Assembly (NCBI GenBank): GCA_024408895.1
Contig: JAKSUO010000001.1
Location: 1 to 31,844, forward strand
Source of the DNA: Alphaproteobacteria bacterium
GTDB lineage: Bacteria; Pseudomonadota; Alphaproteobacteria; RF32; CAG-239
Reading direction: 5' to 3'
Length of the DNA stretch: 31,844 nt
The notes under the pieces were generated by a model. That model had not been told where the DNA came from and ran no database searches. It was given only the letters and a program-made list of their open reading frames with translations. This document shows positions 24,175-31,844 of this stretch, in pieces; the stretch's first letter is position 1, and every line of letters starts with the position of its first letter. Made by a program: the position numbers and the translations under genes.

Positions 24175-25530
24175 ATGAAGAACGGGAAAAAAGTGACGAA
24201 AAAATATTTTATCAAAACGTTCGGTTGTCAAATGAATGTTTACGATTCTTCGCGTATTGCCGATATGCTCAAAAAAGAAGGCTATGAAGAAACCGCCAAA
24301 CAAACAGATGCGGATATTGTGTTGTTCAATACCTGCCATATACGAGAAAAGGCAGCGGAGAAACTATTTTCGGATTTGGGGCGCGCTCATATTATACAAC
24401 AGGAAAGGGAAGAACAGTTCGGTAAATCTACAATTATCGGAGTTGTCGGGTGTGTTGTGCAGGCGGAAGATACGCAAATTATTAAGCGCGCGCCGTTTGT
24501 GGATTTTGCTGTCGGTCCTTTGATGTATCATACTATACCGGATATTTTAAAGCGTATTATACGGCAAAAAAATCATACAAGTTATGTCAATACCGATTTT
24601 CCGGCGGTTAGTAAATTTGACTTTTTGCCGGAAAACGAATCGCAAGGGGCTTGTTCTTATTTAGCCATACAGGAAGGTTGTAATAATTTCTGCACATATT
24701 GTGTTGTGCCGTACACACGCGGTGTTGAATATTCAAGGCCGGTTGCCGAAGTGTTGCAAGAAGCACGGCGTTTGGTTGATACCGGAACACTGGAAATTAA
24801 TCTGTTGGGGCAAAATGTTAATTCATATCATGGCGAAGATGAAAACGGTAAAGAACGAAATTTGGCGTATTTATTGCGCCGTGTTGCCGAAATTGACGGG
24901 TTAAAGCGTTTACGCTACACAACCTCTTATCCGGCGGATATGAATGACGATTTAATTTCTTGTTATAAGGATATGGATATTTTAATGCCATATTTACATT
25001 TGCCGATACAATCCGGTTCAGATAAAATTTTAAAAGCGATGAACAGACGTCATAATTCGGCAGACTATTTGCGAATCGTGGAAAAACTGTTTAAGGCCAA
25101 TCCGAAAATAGGTATGTCATCTGACTTTATTGTCGGATTTCCGGGGGAAACAGATGCCGATTTTCAAGCAACACTGGATGTGGTTAATCAAGTGAAATAT
25201 ATTCAGGCTTTTTCTTTTAAATACAGCCGTCGTCCGGGAACGCCGGCCGCCGTTATGGATAATCAGATTGAAGAAAAAGTTAAAAAACAGCGTTTGGAAA
25301 TTTTGCAAAATTTGTTATTTTCTTATCAAGATAAATTTAATCAGGCTTGTGTCGGTAAAGTTATGCCGGTGCTGTTTGATCAAAAAGGGCGCCATAAAGG
25401 ACAACTTATCGGGCGCACACCTTATATGCAAAACTTGCATGCCGAAATAAATGATGATAACATCAATAAAATTGTGAATGTTAAGGTGACACAAGCCACC
25501 ACAAATTCTTTAAGCGGAAAGGAAGTATAA
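24175..25530 (+). CDS. miaB: tRNA-2-methylthio-N6-dimethylallyladenosine synthase
   Basis: KTFGCQMNVYDS, NTCHIREKA, radical SAM CNNFCTYC, SSDFIVGFPGET, TRAM domain GRTPY. Confidence 0.97.
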   Translation: MKNGKKVTKKYFIKTFGCQMNVYDSSRIADMLKKEGYEETAKQTDADIVLFNTCHIREKAAEKLFSDLGRAHIIQQEREEQFGKSTIIGVVGCVVQAEDTQIIKRAPFVDFAVGPLMYHTIPDILKRIIRQKNHTSYVNTDFPAVSKFDFLPENESQGACSYLAIQEGCNNFCTYCVVPYTRGVEYSRPVAEVLQEARRLVDTGTLEINLLGQNVNSYHGEDENGKERNLAYLLRRVAEIDGLKRLRYTTSYPADMNDDLISCYKDMDILMPYLHLPIQSGSDKILKAMNRRHNSADYLRIVEKLFKANPKIGMSSDFIVGFPGETDADFQATLDVVNQVKYIQAFSFKYSRRPGTPAAVMDNQIEEKVKKQRLEILQNLLFSYQDKFNQACVGKVMPVLFDQKGRHKGQLIGRTPYMQNLHAEINDDNINKIVNVKVTQATTNSLSGKEV

Positions 25531-25531
25531 T

Positions 25532-26515
25532 ATGACCGAAATATGTTTTGAATTGTTTAATAATCAAGTTGTGCAACAGCTTGTCGGCGAGGCTGACGGT
25601 AATTTGCGTCTGGTAGAAAAAATGCTTAATGTTGAGATTTTGAGCTTTGGAAATCAGATCACGGTTAAAGGTGCGGCCAGCGATGTTGAATGTGCAAAGT
25701 CGGCGATAGAAACTCTGTATAATAAAGTTAGTAAAGGTATTGAGGTGGGCGAAGAAGAAGTTAAAGCAGCCGTGAGAATGAGTGGTGAAAATTCGCGTGC
25801 GGATAATGATGCTCAAAATCTTAATGATATTGTTTTGAAAACTAAGAAAAGATATATTTATCCGCGTTCGGCAACTCAAGCTAAATATATTCAGGAAATG
25901 ATGAAAAACGAATTGGTTTTCGGATTGGGACCTGCCGGTACGGGTAAAACTTATTTGGCCGTGGCATTGGCGGTTGCAATGATGCTTGAAGGTACGGTTG
26001 ATAAAATTATTTTATCACGTCCGGCGGTGGAAGCCGGTGAAAATTTGGGATTTTTACCGGGTGATTTGAAAGAAAAAGTTGATCCGTATTTGCGTCCGCT
26101 TTATGATGCTTTATATGAAATGTTGCCGGCCGAACAGGTTGATAAAAAATTGGCACTGGGGGAAATTGAAATAGCGCCGCTGGCCTTTATGCGCGGACGG
26201 ACACTTTCTAATGCGTTTATCATTTTGGATGAAGCGCAAAATACGACTCCAATGCAGATGAAAATGTTTTTAACACGTTTAGGTGAAAATTCACGCATGG
26301 TTGTCAACGGCGATTTAAGTCAGGTTGATTTACCAAGCGGAATAATTTCGGGTTTGCGTGACGCGCTGAGTACATTGAAAAATGTTGAAAATATATCTTC
26401 GGTGACGTTCTCTTCCGAAGATGTGGTTCGTCACGGCTTGGTTGCTAAAATAGTGAAAGCATACGAAGAAAAAAGCAAACGTAATCACGAGGCAGATCGT
26501 TACGAAAATGTCTGA
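25532..26515 (+). CDS. phoH: PhoH-family protein (YbeZ)
   Basis: GPAGTGKT, RPAVEAGENLGFLPG, FMRGRTL, DEAQN, RHGLV. Confidence 0.96.
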   Translation: MTEICFELFNNQVVQQLVGEADGNLRLVEKMLNVEILSFGNQITVKGAASDVECAKSAIETLYNKVSKGIEVGEEEVKAAVRMSGENSRADNDAQNLNDIVLKTKKRYIYPRSATQAKYIQEMMKNELVFGLGPAGTGKTYLAVALAVAMMLEGTVDKIILSRPAVEAGENLGFLPGDLKEKVDPYLRPLYDALYEMLPAEQVDKKLALGEIEIAPLAFMRGRTLSNAFIILDEAQNTTPMQMKMFLTRLGENSRMVVNGDLSQVDLPSGIISGLRDALSTLKNVENISSVTFSSEDVVRHGLVAKIVKAYEEKSKRNHEADRYENV

Positions 26516-27023
26516 GATAATTATAAATACAACAATAGAAGATAAACGTTGGTGCGAAAAAATTGCAGATGTTGAGCAAGTGATAGAAAAGGTTAAATCA
26601 GCCGCTTTTGATTACTTGAGGATCCATGAAAATTTGGATGTTTTGCAACAGGAAAAACCACTTGAAATAAATGTTTGTTTAAGTGATGATACAACGGTTC
26701 ACCAACTCAATAAAGAGTTTCGGGGTATGGATAAACCGACAAACGTGCTGTCTTTTGCAAACTTGGATTTTGAAAATTTTGCAATAGAAAATGAACCGTT
26801 TAATGAAATTGAACTCGGTGATATTATTGTTGCTTATGAAACGATGTGTCGGGAAGCAGAGGCGGAAAATATTACACTCTACGCACATTTTTGCCATTTG
26901 TTGGTGCATGGTTTTTTGCATATTTTGGGGTTTGATCATATAACGGAAGAAGAAGCCGTTTATATGGAAAATTTTGAAAAAGAAATCTTGCAAAATATAG
27001 GCATTGATAATCCGTATGAGTGA
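26508..27023 (+). CDS. ybeY: rRNA maturation endoribonuclease YbeY
   Basis: DKPTNVLSF, LGDII, HLLVHGFLHILGFDH. Confidence 0.97.
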   Translation: MSEIIINTTIEDKRWCEKIADVEQVIEKVKSAAFDYLRIHENLDVLQQEKPLEINVCLSDDTTVHQLNKEFRGMDKPTNVLSFANLDFENFAIENEPFNEIELGDIIVAYETMCREAEAENITLYAHFCHLLVHGFLHILGFDHITEEEAVYMENFEKEILQNIGIDNPYE

Positions 27024-27038
27024 GCTTGAAGGCTACAA

Positions 27039-28610
27039 ATGATGACAGATAAATTTATTGAAATATGGCAAACAGTTATCAGCAAGCTTTTAATTCATCG
27101 TAAGACTTTGGCTCTTGTGATGGGAGTTTTGTTGGCCGCCGCGTTGCCTCCGTTCAATCAGCTGTGGACTTTGTATGTTGCTTTCAGCGTGGCTCTTTTT
27201 TTATGTTGCCAGACAAATAGTTTGAAAAAATTGGCGGCGCAAGGCTATTTCTTCGGCTTTGGCTTTTTTGCTACCGGATTTTATTGGATTGGTAATGCGT
27301 TGTTGGTTGATCCGCTAAAAACCGGTTGGCTCTATCCGATAGTGTTGTTTTTAAACGGCGCATTTTTCGGGCTTTTTACCATTCCGCCCTTTATGATGAG
27401 CAAACTTGGTAAAAATACTCTGATGAAAATTTTGTTATTTGCCGCGACATGGTGTTTGGTAACAGAATGGTTTAGAGGTTTTATTTTGACAGGTTTCCCT
27501 TGGAATCCGATAAGCTCTGTTGTCAGCTTTAGTACGGCGATGTTGCAAACTTTGGCAATTTGGGGAGCATACGGCTTGTCTTTGGTGTTGATAATCTTAG
27601 CCGCATGGCCTGTTTTTTGGATTTTGAATCCGAGCAAAAAAACAGCATTTATTGCCGCTTTGGCTTTGTTGGCAACTGACTTATTGTGGGAATACGGCTT
27701 GTATGTTCTGGTCAACAGACCGCGTGTGCAAGACGGAAATTCCGTTATGGTACGCTTGGTGCAACCGAGTATTCCGCAATCTTTGAAATGGGACAGGCAG
27801 TCGGCCGAAGATAATTTGCAACAATATATAGAATTGAGCAATAATTTAGATAATCGCTATATTGATTTTATTGTTTGGGGTGAAACCGCATCGCCTTTTG
27901 ATTTGACGTATGATAAAGAACATCAGCGCAAAATTGCGCAAATTGTGCCGAAGAACGGTTTTTTGATATCGGGTTTCTTGCGCTATGAAGTGGGTGCAAG
28001 TGCTTCTGAATTTGTGCCTTATAATTCTTTGGCGGTTATGAATAAAAAAGGGGAAATTCTGGATACCTACGATAAGAGCCATCTTGTGCCTTTTGGCGAA
28101 TATATTCCGTTTCGCCGTTTTTTACCGGATTGGATACAGCCTGTTTCCAACAATGTGGCTGAGTTTGGGCGTGGAAAGCAATATAAAACGATTAAGGTTG
28201 GAAAATATCCGGAATTTGCGCCGCTGATTTGTTATGAAATTATTTTTTCGGATCAAGTTGTTCGTAAAGTTAATAAGCCTAAATGGATGATTGTGCTGAC
28301 AAATGACGGGTGGTATGGTAACAGTGCAGGGCCGTATCAACATTTGGCTGCGGCTCAAATGCGCGCGGTGGAGGAGGGAATTTCCGTGGTGCGTAGCGCT
28401 AACAGTGGCATCAGCGCAGTGATATCACCATACGGTATTATTACCGCCTCAATTCCTTTAGGTGTCAGCGCGGCTTTAGATACAATGGTTAAGCCGGAGG
28501 CAGCGCACGAGACACTGTTTGGAAAATATGGCAATTTCATTCCGGTCGGGATGAGTTTAGGTTTGATATTGATTGCTTTGCTGTTTTCCGTGCGTAAACT
28601 TTTTAATTGA
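27039..28610 (+). CDS. lnt: Apolipoprotein N-acyltransferase
   Basis: Catalytic E (WGET), K (YDKSHLVPFGEYIP) and C (ICYEIIF); TNDGWYG; QHLAAAQMRAVEEG. Confidence 0.96.
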   Translation: MMTDKFIEIWQTVISKLLIHRKTLALVMGVLLAAALPPFNQLWTLYVAFSVALFLCCQTNSLKKLAAQGYFFGFGFFATGFYWIGNALLVDPLKTGWLYPIVLFLNGAFFGLFTIPPFMMSKLGKNTLMKILLFAATWCLVTEWFRGFILTGFPWNPISSVVSFSTAMLQTLAIWGAYGLSLVLIILAAWPVFWILNPSKKTAFIAALALLATDLLWEYGLYVLVNRPRVQDGNSVMVRLVQPSIPQSLKWDRQSAEDNLQQYIELSNNLDNRYIDFIVWGETASPFDLTYDKEHQRKIAQIVPKNGFLISGFLRYEVGASASEFVPYNSLAVMNKKGEILDTYDKSHLVPFGEYIPFRRFLPDWIQPVSNNVAEFGRGKQYKTIKVGKYPEFAPLICYEIIFSDQVVRKVNKPKWMIVLTNDGWYGNSAGPYQHLAAAQMRAVEEGISVVRSANSGISAVISPYGIITASIPLGVSAALDTMVKPEAAHETLFGKYGNFIPVGMSLGLILIALLFSVRKLFN

Positions 28611-29049
28611 TGAATTTTGTGAATTTTTCAATAAATTCCGGTGGAAGCCGGGTTGGCCGGTGCGTGGCAATATTCATATATACAACCTTAATATCCAAGC
28701 GAGCCAAAAGCGTATCGTCGCGGAAAATTTCCTGATGGATAATTGCACTGGCTCCACCGATTTCCGCTATGTTGCAGGCAACAGTCAGAGCATCATCTAA
28801 AAAGGCAGATGATAAATAGTCAATTTGACATGAACGGACAATGAAGCCTGTTTGGTTTTCTATTAAATTTTTTTGTTGATTAATTTCCAATGCGCGCAAA
28901 AATTCCGAGCGGGCGCGTTCGGCAAATTTGAGGTAGTTGGCATAATAAACAATGCCGCCGGCATCTGTATCTTCGTAATATACGCGAATAGGATAAAAAA
29001 ACTTTTTCCCGCTGATTTTACCTGCGGCAGGCATAATTTTTTCACTCAT
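28603..29049 (-). CDS. ybgC: YbgC/FadM-family acyl-CoA thioesterase
   Basis: RVYYEDTDAGGIVYYANYLKFAERAR. Confidence 0.93.
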   Translation of the reverse strand: MSEKIMPAAGKISGKKFFYPIRVYYEDTDAGGIVYYANYLKFAERARSEFLRALEINQQKNLIENQTGFIVRSCQIDYLSSAFLDDALTVACNIAEIGGASAIIHQEIFRDDTLLARLDIKVVYMNIATHRPTRLPPEFIEKFTKFIN

Positions 29050-30107
29050 TATTCATCATCTTCCATAGCCAATAAATCGTATTGTTTAGATGTTTTTTGT
29101 GGCACGCGGATTCCCAGATATTTATAGCCGAGCGGCGAAATCACACGACCGCGCGGTGTTCTCTGCAAAAAGCCGAGCTTTAGTAAAAACGGCTCAACAA
29201 CTTCTTCAATGGTGTCACGTTCTTCCGATAGGGCTGCGGCCAATGTATCGGCACCGACCGGTCCGCCGCCGTAATTTTGAACAATGCAGTTTAGGTAACG
29301 ACGGTCAAAGTTATCCAGACCGTAATTATCCACATCTAAGCGTTTTAGGGCTAAATCGGAAATGTGTGAATTGATAATTTTTTGGTCGCTGACGGCTCCA
29401 AAATCGCGTACACGACGCAATAATCTGCCGGCAATACGAGGTGTTCCGCGTGAACGTTTGGCAATTTCCATTGCGCCATCGTCCGATATTTCAATATTTA
29501 AAAGTTTGGCACCGCGTTGAACAATTTGTTTTAAATCATCATGCGAATAGAAATCCAACCGCAAAGGAATTCCAAAACGTTCGCGTAAAGGCGTGGATAA
29601 TAAACCCGAACGGGTGGTTGCCCCAACAAGCGTGAATGGTTGTAAATCAATGCGCACCGAGCGTGCTGACGGCCCTTCACCAATAATCAAATCAAGCTGA
29701 AAGTCTTCCATTGCCGAATATAAAACTTCTTCAATTGCCGGATTCAAACGATGAATTTCATCAATAAAGAGAACATCATTGCGTTCCAAATTTGTCAGGA
29801 TTGCGGCCAAATCGCCTGATTTAGTAATCATTGGGGCGGAAGTGGCGCGAAAACCAACGCCGAGTTCTTTGGCAACAATGGAAGAAAGTGTTGTTTTTCC
29901 AAGCCCCGGCGGGCCGAACAGTAAAACATGATCAAGAGCTTCACCGCGTTTTTTGGCTGCGGTAATGAAAACTTTTAGGTTGTCGCATACTTCACGTTGA
30001 CCGATAAATTCATCCAGTGTATTCGGGCGCAAACTAACAGGATTATTGCCGAATTGTTCGTCTTCGGGTTGCGGTTGCGGACTGACTATGCGTGCGTCTT
30101 CTTTCAT
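29049..30107 (-). CDS. ruvB: Holliday junction branch migration helicase RuvB
   Basis: [50 protein letters not shown]. Confidence 0.98.
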   Translation of the reverse strand: MKEDARIVSPQPQPEDEQFGNNPVSLRPNTLDEFIGQREVCDNLKVFITAAKKRGEALDHVLLFGPPGLGKTTLSSIVAKELGVGFRATSAPMITKSGDLAAILTNLERNDVLFIDEIHRLNPAIEEVLYSAMEDFQLDLIIGEGPSARSVRIDLQPFTLVGATTRSGLLSTPLRERFGIPLRLDFYSHDDLKQIVQRGAKLLNIEISDDGAMEIAKRSRGTPRIAGRLLRRVRDFGAVSDQKIINSHISDLALKRLDVDNYGLDNFDRRYLNCIVQNYGGGPVGADTLAAALSEERDTIEEVVEPFLLKLGFLQRTPRGRVISPLGYKYLGIRVPQKTSKQYDLLAMEDDE

Positions 30108-30109
30108 CT

Positions 30110-30752
30110 TCAGATATCCTTATTGGCAAATTCTTTGAGGGACAAGCGGATTAAATCGGCAATGCCGGCATCTTGATTTTCGGCAATAACCTTGCTGACA
30201 ACGTGATAAGCTTCTAATCGTTGATAACCAAGGTTGACTAATGCTGAAATAACGTCATCACTTTTGGAGTAGTCGGCATTGGCAGTTGGTGTAATCGGGG
30301 AAGCAAATTTTTCATTGTCGTTTAGAACTTCCGTATTGTTTGTATTAACCGGAATGGTAACAATTTTATCTTTTAGTTCGGTAACAATACGCGCCGCCAA
30401 TTTCGGTCCGACACCGGAAGCGCGGCAGAATGAAGTTTTGTCTTGTGCGCCGACCGCTTGTGCCAATTGTGTCGGAGATAACACCGAGAGAATACTTAAA
30501 CAAACTTTAGCTCCAACCCCTTGTACTTTTGTTAAAGTGTTGAACCATTCTTTTTCCCAAGCGTCCGCAAAGCCGAACAAAGACATACTGTCCTCGCGCA
30601 CAATCATTTCTGTCAGTAGAGTAGCTTGAACCAATGGATAATTTTGCTAAAGTTTTAGTTGAGGCCGAAACCAAATATCCGACGCCGTTTACATCTATAA
30701 CAGTGTAATCTTCGCCGATTGTATCTATAATACCACGTAATTTTGCAATCAT
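30110..30752 (-). pseudogene. ruvA: ruvA with a frameshift at about 30628-30630 (real lesion or sequencing error)
   Basis: The N-terminus MIAKLRG...VIDVNGVGY (30752) and the remainder VRED-SLFGF...GVGAK...ALVNLGY lie in different frames. The span is 643 nt, 2 short of a multiple of 3. Confidence 0.85.
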
Positions 30753-30770
30753 ATTTTTTCCTCTGGTGAA

Positions 30771-30799
30771 AGACTACACAATATCTTGTTTACGCGCAA
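30771..30799 (-). promoter_or_regulatory. sigma70 promoter of ruvAB-ybgC, overlapped by an inverted repeat
   Basis: Minus strand TTGCGC-17 nt-TAGTCT; ATCTTG-N8-CAAGAT at 30783-30802. Confidence 0.5.
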
Positions 30800-30901
30800 G
30801 ATTTTTTTAATATTATAAAATGATTTTATTTCTATTTCATTGACAAGCAAGAGTAGGTGTTGTATCGGTTTATTAAACGGATTTTTATTGGAGAAAAATT
30901 T

Positions 30902-31457
30902 ATGGTTAATAAAAACAAAGAGAATTTTTTTGATAGAAAACTCATTTTAGATTGTTTTTTCTGTGTTTTTATTGCGCTAACGGTTTGTATTTTTATATAC
31001 AATAATTTTTCCGGTACAATATCTTTAGTTGATACCTACGAGCATGTTCACGCATCTTAGCTGGTTAGTGAAGGGAAAGTCCCTTATTTGGATTTTTTTG
31101 AACATCATAATCCATTGTTATGGTTTTTGTTTGCTCCGGTAACAAAACTTATGGAAGGAAATGTTAATATTGTATATGTTGCCAGATTATTTTCCTTGTT
31201 TATGTATTTATGCTGTTTTGGCATAACATATAAAATTATTGCCAAACATTTAGCAAATCCGATTATTGCAAAACTTTCTGTTTTATCTATGTTGTTGTTT
31301 CCTTTTCGGGAAAATATATTTGATTTCAGACCCGATTTATCTTGATAATATGTATGTTCAGGACGATGTTTTTTATCGTGCAGATATGGATAATTTACAA
31401 AAATATTACGAGCTTATTTATAAAGATGATGAAAATTATATATGGAAAAAGAAATAA
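30902..31457 (+). pseudogene. Decayed GT-C (ArnT/PMT-like) membrane glycosyltransferase
   Basis: One frame reads DTYEHVHAS*LVSEGKVPYLDFFEHHNPLLW...FRPD, with TAG at 31058-60 where Trp is expected. It stops at 31345, and a short C-terminal-like piece (...YELIYKDDENYIWKKK) follows in another frame. Very AT-rich. Confidence 0.7.
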
Positions 31458-31458
31458 A

Positions 31459-31701
31459 CTAATACATAACTTTGTTCAGATATAGTCCGCAAGCGGGAGC
31501 ACTGATGCCTGCTTGTGTGCGGTTGCGAGCATCCAAAATGCGTTTTACGTCTTCGGGAGTGAGCTTTCCGTTACCGACTTCTTGCAAAGTGCCGACCATG
31601 TTCCGTACCTGATGATAAATAAACGAGCGAGCTTCAACGGTGAAAATGATTTCATCGTTTTGTTGTTCAATGTCAAGTTTATCAAGCGTTTTTATGGGGG
31701 A
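31459..31701 (-). pseudogene. truA: tRNA pseudouridine38-40 synthase, C-terminal 80 codons only
   Basis: Hand-translated: SPIKTLD...VEARSFIYHQVRNMVGTLQEVGNGKLTPEDVKRILDARNRTQAGISAPACGLYLNKVMY*. In-frame TGA at 31714-16; no TruA similarity upstream in any frame. Confidence 0.88.
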
Positions 31702-31769
31702 TAGTGTTATACATCATTGGGAAATGCGTATTTCACATATTTGAGCAGCAAGTAATGGAGAAACTATGA
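31689..31769 (+). pseudogene. C-terminal fragment of a probable ABC-2 (Wzm/RgpC-like) permease
   Basis: FLWGIVLYIIGKCVFHIFEQQVMEKL* resembles the last TM helix and tail of ABC-2 permeases; ATGA overlap with the next gene. Confidence 0.45.
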
Positions 31770-31844
31770 GGAATAACAAACATATTTCGCCGCGGCAAGT
31801 AAAACAAAACATATTCATTATTCGTCAATTGGCTAGACGTGATT
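31766..31844 (+). CDS. Probable ABC-2 polysaccharide-export permease (Wzm/RgpC/TagG-like), partial at the window edge
   Basis: GGAG SD, then MRNNKHISPRQVKQNIFIIRQLARRD..., resembling the conserved LxxxLxxRD start of Wzm/TagG. Only 26 codons are visible. Confidence 0.55.
   Translation, partial: MRNNKHISPRQVKQNIFIIRQLARRD

Noticed and set aside
28573-28800. 75-aa plus-strand ORF after lnt
   Set aside because: Antisense to ybgC.
31058-31060. TAG readthrough or alternative genetic code
   Set aside because: TAG is a normal stop for mreC, mrdA and truA in this window, and the same gene has other lesions, so a nonsense mutation is simpler.
31696-31720. GGGGGATAGTGTTATAC as an IS terminal inverted repeat interrupting truA
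   Set aside because: No transposase or partner end is visible, and the sequence reads well as permease coding sequence.

Overview
A 31.8-kb, AT-rich chromosomal segment from an alphaproteobacterium, judged from gene order and protein style. It may be a reduced, host-associated lineage (inference). Housekeeping blocks: ddl; mreB-mreC-mreD-mrdA-rodA; leuS-lptE-holA; yggT-DUF167-folD; miaB-phoH-ybeY-lnt; ruvA-ruvB-ybgC. Accessory or unusual content: (1) a self-contained two-gene operon of orphan proteins that share an LPD7-like motif and end in Arg-rich tails, making them candidate type IV secretion substrates; (2) a TerY-P triad (vWA, PP2C phosphatase, membrane-anchored Ser/Thr kinase) translationally coupled to an unannotated 51-aa LptM-like lipoprotein, at what looks like the remodelled tlpA-argH-lptM-lysA locus; (3) a Clostridia/CPR-style LeuRS in the native alphaproteobacterial leuS position; (4) a 4-Cys nitronate-monooxygenase-family flavoprotein resembling FabX/UfaA; (5) a tandem pseudo-receiver protein and a TerB-like protein. 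The last 1.7 kb carries several lesions: a ruvA frameshift, a decayed GT-C glycosyltransferase, and a 5'-truncated truA joined back-to-back to a 5'-truncated ABC-2 permease. These reflect either real decay and rearrangement or assembly error. No rRNA, tRNA, CRISPR array or intact IS element was seen. All family assignments come from motif recognition by eye, not from database searches.
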